Positions 28,487-43,810 of a DNA stretch of 64,000 nt are shown piece by piece. The notes below the pieces were generated by a model. That model searched no databases. It worked only from the letters and a program-made list of their open reading frames with translations, and had not been told where the DNA came from. Position 1 is the stretch's first letter. Every line of letters begins with the position of its first letter. This stretch comes from Isurus oxyrinchus (Eukaryota): assembly GCA_026770705.1 (NCBI GenBank), contig JANJGN010000016.1, positions 86,552,001-86,616,000 of the forward strand. The letters run 5' to 3'. A program made the translations under genes and the position numbers.

Positions 28487-31400
28487 TCTCACCTCCGACA
28501 CAACCACACCCCCGAACCCCGTCAACACCCACACCCACACCCCCAGCATCACCCACACCCTCACCACCAGCATCACTCAAACCCCCAGCCTGGCATCACC
28601 CACCCCTTCACACCCAGAATCACACACCCTACCAGCCATGGTATCAATCACCCCCTCACCCCTGGCATCACACACCCCACCACCACTGGCATCACCCACC
28701 TCTTCAACCTCGGCAGCACCCAACCCCTCATTCCCGGCATCACCCACCACCCCCGGCCCCAGCATCACCCACCCCTTCACTGCCAGCAACACCCTCACCC
28801 CCAACCCTGCCTTCACCCACCACCGACATTACTCATTACCCCCATACTTGGTATCACCCACCCCATCAACCCCGGTATCATACACCCCACCACCCCCGGC
28901 ATCACCCACCCCTACACCCCCAGCATCAGCCAACCACACACCACCGGCATTACCCACATCCCTCATACCCACCATCACCAATACCCCCAACCCCGGCATC
29001 GCCCACCGCCCCACCTCTGGCATCACCAACCCCCCCTAACAATGGCATCACCCACCCCACCGTCATCACCCAGTCCCCCACTCCAGGCATCACCCACCAC
29101 CCCACACCCCCAGCATCACCCACACCCCCAACACTGGCATCACCCACACACCCCACTCCCGGCATCACCCACCCCCCCCAACCCCGGCATCAACCAGCCC
29201 CCACACCCGGCATCATCTAGCCCCCCACCCATGGCATTATCCAGGCCCCCTCCCCCGGCAACACTCAACCCCAACCAATGGCATCACCAATACCTCCACC
29301 TCTAGCATTACCCCCTCCCCCAACCCCGGCATCACCCAGCCCCCAATCCCCAGCATCAAAAACACCCCAACACCTGGCTTCAACCACCCCCTACCCCCGG
29401 CATCACTCACCCCCTCAACCCCGCCATCACCCACCCCCCCACCCACAGAATCACCTACTCCCCCACCCTCGTCATCACCCACCATCCCATCCCCGGCATC
29501 ACCCACCACCCTAACACAGGCATCACCCATGCCCACAACACCAGCATCACTCACCCCCTCACCGCCGGCATCACATACCCCCCCCCCCACCCTCGGCATC
29601 ACCTATTCCCCCAGCCCCGGCATCACCCAACCCCTCACCCCCAGCATCACCCACCACCCCCACCCCCAGCATCACCAACCCCTTCACTGCCAGCAACACC
29701 CACCCCTCCAACCCTGCCATCAACCTGCCCTGACCTTACCCCGCCACCCCCCACCGCATACCTGGTATCAGCCACCCCATCACCCCCGGCATCGCACACC
29801 CCATCACCCCTGGCATCACACACCTACCCACACCCGGCATAACCCACCCCCACATCCCCAGCATCAGCCAAAACCTCAACACCGGCATTACACACCCCCC
29901 CCATACCCGACATCACCACTCCACCCACCCCAGGCATCACCAACCCTCCCACCTCTGGCATCACTAACACCCCACCCCATGTAACATCCACCACCCCCAC
30001 CCCCAACATCACACACCTCCTTACCACTGGCTTCGACAAACACCCCACCCCACTGGTATCACCCACTCCCCCACTCCCGGCATAACGCACCACCCCCTAA
30101 CCCCAGCATCACCACACCCCAACACTGGCATCACCCACACACTCCACTCCCGGCATCATCCACCCCCTCACCCCCGGCTTCACCTAGCACCCCACCCACG
30201 GCATTATCCAGGCCCCCTCCGCCGGCATCACCCAACCCCAACCACCAGTATCACCCACACCCCCATCTCTGGCATTACCTGCTCCCCCATCCCCGGCATC
30301 ACCCAGCCCCCCATCCCTGGCATCAAACTCCCGCCCACGCCCGGCATCACCCACCCCATACCCCCGCATCACTCACCCCCTCACCCCCAGCATCACACAC
30401 CCTCCTACCCCAGGCTTCACCCACGCCCACAACACCGGCATCACTCACTCCCTCAACCCCGGCATCAATCACGCACCCCCTACCCCCGCCATCACCCAGC
30501 CCCCTAACCCAGGCATCACCCATGCCCACAACCCCGGCATCACCCACCCACCCACCCCTGGCATTACTCAGCCCCCAACCCCGGCATCATCCACCCCCCT
30601 ACCCCATGCATCACCCACCCCCTTACCCCTGGCATCACCCAACCTCCCACCATCCCTGGCATCAATCACCCATCCAACCCCGGCATGATCAACCCTCCCA
30701 ACCCAGGCAACACCCACCACCCCCACCCCCAACATCACACACCTCCTCACCCCTGGCTTCAACAAACACTCCACCCCACCGGCATCAACAGGTCCCCTAC
30801 TCGCGGCATCACCCATGCCCCCACCCCCAGCATCATGCAACCCCCAACCGCGGCATCGCCGACCCCCGGCATCACCCACCCCCTCAGTCCCAGGAACAAA
30901 AAAACACCCAAAATTGGCATCACCCACCCCCCTCACTCCCGAAATCACACACCCCACCACCCCCGGCATCACCAAGCGCTTCACCGCTGGCAGTACCCAA
31001 CCCCTCAAACCCGACAATACACACACCCCCATACCCGGCAACACGCAGCCCCTCCCCCCTGGAATCTCCCACCACCTCACCCTCGGCATCACCCAACACC
31101 TCACCCTCGGCATCACCCACACCCCCACCCCCGGCATCACCCACCCTCTTACCCCTGACACCACCACACCCCCCAACCCCGGCATCACCCGCACCCCCAC
31201 ACCCGGCATCACCCACACCCTCACCACCGACATCACTCAGACCCTCAGCCCGGCATCATCCACCCCCTCATTCCTAGAATCACCCAGCCTACCACCCATG
31301 ACATCACTCACCCCCTCACCCACGGCATCACACCCCTCACCACCCCATGCATTACCCACCCCTTCACCCCCGGCAGCACCCAACCCTTCATCCCCGGCAT

Positions 31401-34400
31401 CACCCACCACCCCCAGCCCCAGCATCACCCACCCCTTCACTGCCAGCAACACTCACACCCCCAACCCTGCCATCACCCACCCCCAACATTACCCACTACC
31501 CCCCATACCTGGTATCAACCACCCCATCAACCCCGGCATCACACACCCCACCACCCCCGGCATCACCCACCCCAACACCCCCAGCATCACCCAACCAAAC
31601 AACACCGGCATTACCCACCACCCCCCCCGTACCCGCCACCACCACTCCCCCCACCCCCGACATCGCCCACCCCCCCACCTCAGGCATCACCAACCCTCAC
31701 AAACAACGGCATCACCCGCCTCCATCATCACTCACCCCCCACCCCAGGCAATACCCACCACCCCCACCCACAACATCACACACCTCCTCAACACTGGCTT
31801 CACCAAACAACCCACACCCCCAGCATCACCCACTCCCTCACTCCCGGCATCACCCACCACCCCACCCCCCCATCATCACCCACACCCCCAACACTGGCAT
31901 CACCCACACACCCCACTCCCGGCATCACTCACTCCCCCACCCCCGACATCACCCAGATCCCACACCTGGCATCACTCACCCCCTAACCCAGGCATCACCC
32001 ATGCCCACAACCCCGGCATCACCCAGATCCCACACCTGGCATCATCTAGCCCCCCCGCCCACGGCATTATCCAGGCCCCCTCCCCCGGCATCACCCAAAC
32101 CCAACCAATGGCATCACCCATACCCCCACCTCTGGCATTACCCATTCCCCCAACCCCGGCATCACCCAGCCCCCAATCCCCAGTATCAAAAACCCCCCAA
32201 CACCCGGCTTCAACCACCCCCTACCCCTGGTATCAAAAACCCCCTCAACCCCGGCATCACCTATTCCCCCACCCTCGGCATCACACACCATCCCATCCCC
32301 GGCATCACTCACCCCCTAACCCAGGCATCACCCATGCCCACAACCCCGGCATCACCCACTCACCCACACCCGGCATCACCCACCACCTCCACGCCCAGCA
32401 TCACCGGTCCCCCCCATTCCCGGCATCAACCACTGCTCCCCGCTCACCACCGGCATCACCCATCCACACCCTCACCTCCGGCATCAACCACCCCCCCACC
32501 CCCGGCATCACCTTTTCCCCCAGCCCCGGCATCACCCACCATCACATCCCCGGCATCACCCACCCCCCTACCCCAGGATTCACCCACGCCCACAACACAG
32601 GCATCACTCACCTCCTCACCTCCGGCATCACCTCCCCGCACCCACCCCCCCACCCACGGCATCACCTATTCCCCCATCCCCGGCATTACCCACCAACACA
32701 TCCCCAGCATCACCCAGCCCCTTACCTCAGGCATCACCCATGTCCACAACCCCGGCATCACCCACCTCCCCATGCCCGGCATCATCCAAAACCTCCACCC
32801 CCGGCATCAACCACCCTCTCAACCCTGGCATCAGACATCACGTCACCCCCGGCATCACCCACCTCCCCACTCCTGGCATCACTCACCTCCCCAACCCCGG
32901 CATCATCCACCCCCCTCCCCCATGCATCACCCATTCCCTTATCCCCGGCATCACCCCACCCTTACCCCTGGCATTACCCAACCACCCCCATCCCCAACAT
33001 CAACCACCCATCCACCCCCGGCATCACCCACCCGCGCCCCCCCCCCCCCACCCCCAGCATCACTTATTCCCCCAGCCCCGGCATCAACCACCAACACATC
33101 CCTGGCATCACCCAACCCCTTACCCCAGGCATCACCCATGCCCACTACCCCAGCATCACCTACCTCCCCATGCCCGGCATCATCCAACACCTCCACCCCC
33201 GGCATCTCACCTCCGACACCACCACACCCCCGAACCCCGTCAACACCCACACCCACACCCCCAGCATCACCCACACCCTCACCACCAGCATCACTCAAAC
33301 CCCCAGCCCGGCATCACCCACCCCTTCACACCCAGAATCACACACCCTACCAGCCATGGTATCAATCACCCCCTCACCCCTGGCATCACACACCCCACCA
33401 CCCCTGGCATCACCCACCTCTTCAACCCCAGCAGCACCCAACCCCTCATTCCCGGCATCACCCACCACCCCCGGCCCCAGCATCACCCACCCCTTCACTG
33501 CCAGCAACACCCTCACCCCCAACCCTGCCTTCACCCACCACCGACATTACTCACTACCCCCATACTTGGTATCACCCACCCCATCAACCCCGGTATCATA
33601 CACCCCACCACCCCCGGCATCACCCACCCCTACACCCCCAGCATCAGCCAACCACACACCACCGGCATTACCCACATCCCTCATACCTGCCATCACCATT
33701 ATCCCCAACCCCGGCATCGCCCACCGCCCCACCTCTGGCATCACCAACCCCCCCTAACAATGGCATCACCCACCCCCAGCATCACCCAACCCCAACTCCA
33801 GGCGACACCCACCACCCTCACCCACAACATCACACACCTCACCACTGGCTACACCAAACACCCCACCCCACCGGCATCACCCAGTCCCCCACTCCTGGCA
33901 TCACCCACACCCTCACCCCCAGCATCACCCACACCCCCAACACTGGCATCACCCACACACCCCACTCCCGGCATCACCCACCCCCCCCAACCCCGGCATC
34001 AACCAGCCCACAATCCCGGCATCATCTAGCCCCCCACCCATGGCATTATCCAGGCCCCCTCCCCCGGCATCACTCAACCCCAACCAATGGCATCACCCAT
34101 ACCCCCACCTCTGGCATTACCCGCTCCCCCAACCCCGGCATCACCCAGCCCCCAATCCCCGGCATCAAAAACCCCCCAACACCCGGCTTCAACCACCCCC
34201 TACCCCCGGCATCACTCACCCCCTCACCCCCGCCATCACCCACCCCCCCCTCCCACAGCATCACCTATTCCCCCACCCTCGTCATCACCCACCATCCCAT
34301 CCCCGGCATCACCCACCACCCTAACACAGGCATCACCCATGCCCACAACACCAGCATCACTCACCCCCTCACCGCCGGCATCACATACCCCCCCCCCACC

Positions 34401-37400
34401 CTCGGCATCACCTATTCCCCCAGCCCCGGCATCACCCAACCCCTCACCCCCAGCATCACCCACCACCCCCACCCCCAGCATCACCAACCCCTTCACTGCC
34501 AGCAACACCCACCCCTCCAACCCTGCCATCAACCTGCCCTGACCTTACCCCGCCACCCCCCCACCGCATACCTGGTATCAGCCACCCCATCACCCCCGGC
34601 ATCGCACACCCCATCACCCCTGGCATCACACACCCACCCACACCCGGCATAACCCACCCCCACATCCCCAGCATCAGCCAAAACCTCAACACCGGCATTA
34701 CACACCCCCCCCCATACCCGACATCACCACTCCCCCCACCCCAGGCATCACCAACCCTCCCACCTCTGGCATCACTAACACCCCACCCCATGCAACATCC
34801 ACCACCCCCACCCCCAACATCACACACCTCCTTACCACTGGCTTCGACAAACACCCCACCCCACTGGTATCACCCACTCCCCCACTCCCGGCATAACGCA
34901 CCACCCCCCTAACCCCAGCATCACCACACCCCAACACTGGCATCACCCACACACTCCACTCCCGGCATCATCCACCCCCTCACCCCCGGCTTCACCTAGC
35001 ACCCCACCCACGGCATTATCCAGGCCCCCTCCGCCGGCATCACCCAACCCCAACCACCAGTATCACCCACACCCCCATCTCTGGCATTACCTGCTCCCCC
35101 ATCCCCGGCATCACCCAGCCCCCCATCCCTGGCATCAAACTCCCGCCCACGCCCGGCATCACCCACCCCATACCCCCGCATCACTCACCCCCTCACCCCC
35201 AGCATCACACACCCTCCTACCCCAGGCTTCACCCATGCCCACAACACCGGCATCACTCACTCCCTCAACCCCGGCATCAATCACGCACCCCCTACCCCCG
35301 CCATCACCCAGCCCCCTAACCCAGGCATCACCCATGCCCACAACCCCGGCATCACCCACCCACCCACCCCTGGCATTACTCAGCCCCCAACCCCGGCATC
35401 ATCCACCCCCCTACCCCATGCATCACCCACCCCCTTACCCCTGGCATCACCCAACCTCCCACCATCCCTGGCATCAATCACCCATCCAACCCCGGCATGA
35501 TCAACCCTCCCAACCCAGGCAACACCCACCACCCCCCACCCCCAACATCACACACCTCCTCACCCCTGGCTTCAACAAACACTCCACCCCACCGGCATCA
35601 ACAGGTCCCCTACTCGCGGCATCACCCATGCCCCCACCCCCAGCATCATGCAACCCCCAACCGCGGCATCGCCGACCCCCGGCATCACCCACCCCCTCAG
35701 TCCCAGGAACAAAAAAACACCCAAAATTGGCATCACCCACCCCCCTCACTCCCGAAATCACACACCCCACCACCCCCGGCATCACCAAGCGCTTCACCGC
35801 TGGCAGTACCCAACCCCTCAAACCCGACAATACACACACCCCCATACCCGGCAACACGCAGCCCCTCCCCCCTGGAATCTCCCACCACCTCACCCTCGGC
35901 ATCACCCAACACCTCACCCTCGGCATCACCCACACCCCCACCCCCGGCATCACCCACCCTCTTACCCCTGACACCACCACACCCCCCAACCCCGGCATCA
36001 CCCGCACCCCCACACCCGGCATCACCCACACCCTCACCACCGGCATCACTCAGACCCTCAGCCCGGCATCATCCACCCCCTCATTCCTAGAATCACCCAG
36101 CCTACCACCCATGACATCACTCACCCCCCTCACCCACGGCATCACACCCCTCACCACCCCATGCATCACCCACCCCTTCACCCCCGGCAGCACCCAACCC
36201 TTCATCCCCGGCATCACCCACCACCCCCAGCCCCAGCATCACCCACCCCTTCACTGCCAGCAACACTCACACCCCCAACCCTGCCATCACCCACCCCCAA
36301 CATTACCCACTACCCCCATACCTGGTATCAACCACCCCATCAACCCCGGCATCACACACCCCCACCACCCCCGGCATCACCCACCCCAACACCCCCAGCA
36401 TCACCCAACCAAACAACACCGGCATTACCCACCACCCCCCCCGTACCCGCCACCACCACTCCCCCCACCCCCGACATCGCCCACCCCCCCCACCTCAGGC
36501 ATCACCAACCCCCACAAACAACGGCATCACCCGCCTCCATCATCACTCACCCCCCACCCCAGGCAATACCCACCACCCCCACCCACAACATCACACACCT
36601 CCTCAACACTGGCTTCACCAAACAACCCACACCCCCAGCATCACCCACTCCCTCACTCCCGGCATCACCCACCACCCCACCCCCCCATCATCACCCACAC
36701 CCCCAACACTGGCATCACCCACACACCCCACTCCCGGCATCACTCACTCCCCCACCCCCGACATCACCCAGATCCCACACCTGGCATCACTCACCCCCTA
36801 ACCCAGGCATCACCCATGCCCACAACCCCGGCATCACCCAGATCCCACACCTGGCATCATCTAGCCCCCCCGCCCACGGCATTATCCAGGCCCCCTCCCC
36901 CGGCATCACCCAAACCCAACCAATGGCATCACCCATACCCCCACCTCTGGCATTACCCATTCCCCCAACCCCGGCATCACCCAGCCCCCAATCCCCAGTA
37001 TCAAAAACCCCCCAACACCCGGCTTCAACCACCCCCTACCCCTGGTATCAAAAACCCCCTCAACCCCGGCATCACCTATTCCCCCACCCTCGGCATCACA
37101 CACCATCCCATCCCCGGCATCACTCACCCCCTAACCCAGGCATCACCCATGCCCACAACCCCGGCATCACCCACTCACCCACACCCGGCATCACCCACCA
37201 CCTCCACGCCCAGCATCACCGGTCCCCCCCATTCCCGGCATCAACCACTGCTCCCCGCTCACCACCGGCATCACCCATCCACACCCTCACCTCCGGCATC
37301 AACCACCCCCCCACCCCCGGCATCACCTTTTCCCCCAGCCCCGGCATCACCCACCATCACATCCCCGGCATCACCCACCCCCCTACCCCAGGATTCACCC

Positions 37401-39190
37401 ACGCCCACAACACAGGCATCACTCACCTCCTCACCTCCGGCATCACCTCCCCGCACCCACCCCCCCACCCACGGCATCACCTATTCCCCCATCCCCGGCA
37501 TTACCCACCAACACATCCCCAGCATCACCCAGCCCCTTACCTCAGGCATCACCCATGTCCACAACCCCGGCATCACCCACCTCCCCATGCCCGGCATCAT
37601 CCAAAACCTCCACCCCCGGCATCAACCACCCTCTCAACCCTGGCATCAGACATCACGTCACCCCCGGCATCACCCACCTCCCCACTCCTGGCATCACTCA
37701 CCTCCCCAACCCCGGCATCATCCACCCCCCTCCCCCATGCATCACCCATTCCCTTATCCCCGGCATCACCCCACCCTTACCCCTGGCATTACCCAACCAC
37801 CCCCATCCCCAACATCAACCACCCATCCACCCCCGGCATCACCCACCCGCGCCCCACCCCCCACCCCCAGCATCACTTATTCCCCCAGCCCCGGCATCAA
37901 CCACCAACACATCCCTGGCATCACCCAACCCCTTACCCCAGGCATCACCCATGCCCACTACCCCAGCATCACCTACCTCCCCATGCCCGGCATCATCCAA
38001 CACCTCCACCCCCGGCATCTCACCTCCGACATCACCACACCCCCGAACCCCGTCAACACCCACACCCACACCCCCAGCATCACCCACACCCTCACCACCA
38101 GCATCACTCAAACCCCCAGCCCGGCATCACCCACCCCTTCACACCCAGAATCACACACCCTACCAGCCATGGTATCAATCACCCCCTCACCCCTGGCATC
38201 ACACACCCCACCACCCCTGGCATCACCCACCTCTTCAACCCCAGCAGCACCCAACCCCTCATTCCCGGCATCACCCACCACCCCCGGCCCCAGCATCACC
38301 CACCCCTTCACTGCCAGCAACACCCTCACCCCCAACCCTGCCTTCACCCACCACCGACATTACTCACTACCCCCATACTTGGTATCACCCACCCCATCAA
38401 CCCCGGTATCATACACCCCACCACCCCCGGCATCACCCACCCCTACACCCCCAGCATCAGCCAACCACACACCACCGGCATTACCCACATCCCTCATACC
38501 TGCCATCACCATTATCCCCAACCCCGGCATCGCCCACCGCCCCACCTCTGGCATCACCAACCCCCCCTAACAATGGCATCACCCACCCCCAGCATCACCC
38601 AACCCCAACTCCAGGCGACACCCACCACCCTCACCCACAACATCACACACCTCACCACTGGCTACACCAAACACCCCACCCCACCGGCATCACCCAGTCC
38701 CCCACTCCTGGCATCACCCACACCCTCACCCCCAGCATCACCCACACCCCCAACACTGGCATCACCCACACACCCCACTCCCGGCATCACCCACCCCCCC
38801 CAACCCCGGCATCAACCAGCCCACAATCCCGGCATCATCTAGCCCCCCACCCATGGCATTATCCAGGCCCCCTCCCCCGGCATCACTCAACCCCAACCAA
38901 TGGCATCACCCATACCCCCACCTCTGGCATTACCCGCTCCCCCAACCCCGGCATCACCCAGCCCCCAATCCCCGGCATCAAAAACCCCCCAACACCCGGC
39001 TTCAACCACCCCCTACCCCCGGCATCACTCACCCCCTCACCCCCGCCATCACCCACCCCCCCTCCCACAGCATCACCTATTCCCCCACCCTCGTCATCAC
39101 CCACCATCCCATCCCCGGCATCACCCACCACCCTAACACAGGCATCACCCATGCCCACAACACCAGCATCACTCACCCCTTCACCACCGG
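28487..39190 (+). repeat. Recent tandem duplication of a 4.81-kb block (about 2.2 copies)
   Basis: CAGGAACAAAAAAACACCCAAAATTGG at 30891 and 35704 (offset 4813). GAACCCCGTCAACACC at 28514, 33232, 38045. Identical track ORFs 30920..31216/35733..36029, 31972..32217/36787..37032 and 33295..33534/38108..38347. Confidence 0.92.
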
Positions 39191-39979
39191 CATCACCCAC
39201 CCCCCGGCCCCACCTCCGACATCACCCAGCCCCCCATCACCTGCATCAAACACCTCCCAACCCCGGCATCACCTAGACCCTCACCCACGGCATTACCCAG
39301 CCCCCCACCCACAGCATTATCCAGGCCCCATCCCCCGGCATCACCCACCACCCCCCCCACCCCCAGCATTACCCACACACTCAACACAGGCATCATCCAC
39401 ACCCCCCACTCCAGGAATCACCCATGTCCACAAACCCGACATCATCCACCCTCCCACACCCGGCATCACCCAACCCCTCCACACCGGGCATCACCCACCC
39501 CCTCAACCCTGGCATCACCCACTCCCCCATCCCTGGCATCAACCACCCCCCCCACCACTGGCATCACCCATCCACTCCCCCACCCACGGCATCACCCACA
39601 CCCTCATCTCTGGCATCACTCAAACACCGACTCTGGCATCAACCAAACCCTCACACCTGGCATCACTCAGCCCCCCACCGCTGACATCACCCAACCCCTC
39701 CACCCCCAGCATCACCCACCCGCTCAACTCCAGCATCACCCACACCCTCACCCCCGACAATACCAACCCCCCCATACCCGGCATCACAAACCACCTCACG
39801 CCTGGCATCACCCCCCAACTCCAACCCACGGCATCACCCACACACACCCCGGGTATCACCCATCCCCTCACACCCAGCATCACCCACCCTCTCATCCCCG
39901 ACACCACCACCACACCACCCCCACCCTGGCATCACCCACACACCCACCCCAGGCATTACTCAAACTCCCAGCCTGGCAT

Positions 39980-42900
39980 CACCCATGCCCTAACTCCCAG
40001 AATCACCCACCCTACCACCCATGGCATCTCCCACCCCCTCACCCCCGGCAGCAAACACCCCACCAGCCCCGGCATTACCCATCGCCCCACCCCCGGCATC
40101 AGCAACCCTCCCAAACCCCAGCATAACCCACCCCCTCACTCCCGGCATTGTCCCCACACCCCAAGCATCACCCACCCTCTCACACCTGACACCACCACAC
40201 CCCCCAACCCCAGCATCACCCATACCCCCACCACCGGCAACACCAACTACCCCTACCGCCGGCATCACAAACCCCCTCACCCCTGGCTTCACCCAACACC
40301 CCACCCCCCCACTCCCGGCATCATCCAAACCCCCCCACCCCCAGCATCACCCACCCCCTCACTGCGAGCAACATCCACCCCCCAACCCTGCCATCACCCA
40401 CCACCGACATTACCCACCCCCCCATACCTGGCATCACCCACCCTACCAACCCCTGCATCACCCAAGCCCTCACCACCGACATTACCCACCCCCCAATACC
40501 CACCAACACCACTCCCCACAACCCCGGCATCACCCAGCCCCCCCATCTCTGGCATCACCAACCCCCTCACCCCAGGTAACACCCCCCATCCCCACCCCCA
40601 AACATCACACACATCCTCACCACTGGCTTCACCAAACAGCCCACCCCCCTTGGCATCACCCACTCCCCCACTCCCGTCATCACCCATCACCCCCCACACC
40701 TAGCATCACCTAGCCCCCCCACCCACGACATTATCCAGACCCCCTTCACCGACATCACCCAACCCCAACCACCGGCATCACCTGCACCCCCACCCCTGGC
40801 ATTACCCACTCCCCCACCCCTGGCATCACCCAGCCCCCCATCTCCGGCATCACCCACCCCCGGCATCACCTATTCCCCCACCCCCGGCATCACCCACCAT
40901 CCAATCCCCGGCATCACCCACCCTGTCAGCCCTGGCATCACCCAACCCCCAACCATCCCTGACATCAACCACCCATCCAACCCCGGCACCACCCAACCCC
41001 CACCCCAGGCAACACCCACCAACCCCCACCCTAACATCACACACCTCCTCACCCCTGGCTTCACCAACTTCCCCACTCCCGGCATCACCCAACCCATCAA
41101 CCATGGCATCGCCGACCACCGCATCAGCCACCCACCCTACCCCTGGCATCATCTATCACCCCCACCCCCTGGCATCACCCACCATCTCAGTCCCAGCAAC
41201 AACTACACCCCCAACATTGGCATCACTCACCCCCCTCTCCCGGCATCACCCACCCCCTAACCCCGGCATCACTCACACTCCCACCCCCGGCATCACCCAC
41301 ACCCCCCATACCCGGCATCACCCACACCCTCACCCACGGCATCAGACAAACCCTCACCCCCCGGCATCACCGCCCCCCACCCCCCGGCATCACCCACCCT
41401 CTCACACACGACACCACCACCCCCCCCACCGCTGGCATCACCAACCCCCACAATCCCTGGTATCATACACCCCGGCATCACTCACACCCCCCACCCCCGG
41501 CAACACCAACTACCCCCCAACACCGGCATCACACACTCCCTCATTCCCAGCAACAACTACACCCATAACATTAGCATCACCCACCCCCCCCCACGCCTGG
41601 CATCACCCACAAAACCCCACCCCCAACCCCGGCATCACCCACCCTCCCAACCCCGGCATCAGGCACCCAAACCCCCGGCACCACTCACAACACTCACCCC
41701 CAACCCCAGCATCACTACATACCCACCCCCAGCACCACCCACAACCCCACCCCCGGCATCACCCACACCCTCAAACCCCGGCATCACTCAAACCTCCAGC
41801 CCCGGCATCACCCCACGCCCTAACTCCCAGAATCACCCCACCCTACCACCCATGGCATCTCCCACCCCCCTCACCCCCGGCAGCAAACACCCCACCAGCC
41901 CCGGCATTACCCATCGCCCCACCCCCGGCATCAGCAACCCTCCCAAACCCTAGCATAACCCACCCCCTCACTCCCGGCATTGCCCCCCCACCCCCCAGCA
42001 TCACCCACCCTCTTACGCCTGACACCACCACAACCCCCAACCCCAGCATCACCCATACCCCCACCACCGGCAACTCCAAATACCCCTACCGCCGGCATCA
42101 CAAACCCCCTCACCCCCTGGCTTCACCCAACACCCCACCCCCCACTCCCGGCATCATCCACCCCCCCACCCCCAGCATCACCCACCCCCTCACTGTCAGA
42201 AACACCCCACCCCCCCAACCCTGCCATCACCCACCACCGACATTAACCACACCCCCCATACCTGGCATCAACCACCCTACCAACACCTGCATCACCCAAA
42301 CCCTCACCACCGACATTACCCCACCCCCCCCAAACCCACCAACACCACTCCCCACAACCCCGGCATCACCCTGCCCCCCATCTCTGGCATCACCAACCCC
42401 CTCACCCCAGGTAACACCCCCCATCCCACCCCCAATCATCACACACATCCTCACACACTGGCTTCACCAAACAGCCCACCCCCTTGGCATCACCCACTCC
42501 CCCACTCCCAGCATCACCAATCACTCCCCACCCCCAGCATCACCTAGCCCCCCCACCCACGCCATTATCCAGACCCCCTTCACCGACATCACCCAACCCC
42601 AACCACCGGCATCACCCGCACCCCCCACCTCTGGAATTACCCACTCCCCCACACCCGGCATCACCCAGCCACCCATCTCCGGCATCACCCACCCTGACAT
42701 CACCTATTCCCCCACCCCCGGCATCACCCACCATCCAATCCCCCGGCATCACCCAGCCCACTTCCCCAGGCATCACCCATGCCCACAAACCCCGGCATCT
42801 CCCACTCTCCCATCCCCGGCATCACCCAACCCCTCTACCCCCGGCATCATCCACCCTCCTACCCCATGCATCACCTACCCCCCTTATCCCCGGCATCACC

Positions 42901-43810
42901 CACCCCGTCAGCCCTGGTATCACCCAACCCCCAACCATCCCTGACATCACCACCCATCCAACCCCGGCACCACCCAACCCCCACCCCAGGCAACACCCAC
43001 CAAACCCACCCCCAACATCACACACCTCCTCTCCCCTGGCTTCACCAAACACCCCGCCCCACCGGCATCACCAACTTCCCCACTCCCGGCATCACCCAAC
43101 CCATCAACCATGGCATCGCCGACCACCGGCATCAGCCACCCCCCCCCACCCCTGGCATCACCCAACATCTCAGTCCCAGCAACAACTACACACCCCCAAC
43201 ATTGGCATCACTCACCCCCCCCACTCTCGGCATCACCCACCCGCCTAACCCCGGCAACACTCACACTCCCACCTCCGGCATCACCCACACCCCCCATACC
43301 CGGCATCACCCACACCCTCACCCACGGCATCAGACAACCCCTCACACCCGGCATCACCGCCCCCCACCCCCCGCATCACCCACCATCTCACACACGACAC
43401 CACCACCCCCCCCACCGCCGGCATCACCCACCTCCCAACCCCCCCGGCATGACCCATCGCCCCACCCCCGGCATCACCAACCCCCACAATCCCTGGTATC
43501 ATACACCCTGGCATCACTCACACCCCCCACCCCCGGCAACACCAACTACCCCCAACACCGGCATCACACACTCCCTCACTCCCAGCAACAACTACAACCA
43601 CAACATTAGCATCACCCACCCCCCCACGCCTGGCATCACCCACGAACCCCATCCCCAACCCAGGCATCACCCACCCTCCCCAACCCCGGCATCAGGCACA
43701 CAAACCCCCAGCACCACTCACAACACCCACCCCCAACCCCAGCATCACTACATCCCCACCCCCAGCACCACCCACAAACCCACCCCCGGCATCACCCACA
43801 CCCTCAACCC
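39980..43810 (+). repeat. Tandem duplication of about 1.83-1.99 kb; boundaries approximate
   Basis: TAACTCCCAGAATCACCC at 39991 and 41821 (offset 1830). ATCAGACAA at 41341 and 43329 (offset 1988). Confidence 0.8.
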
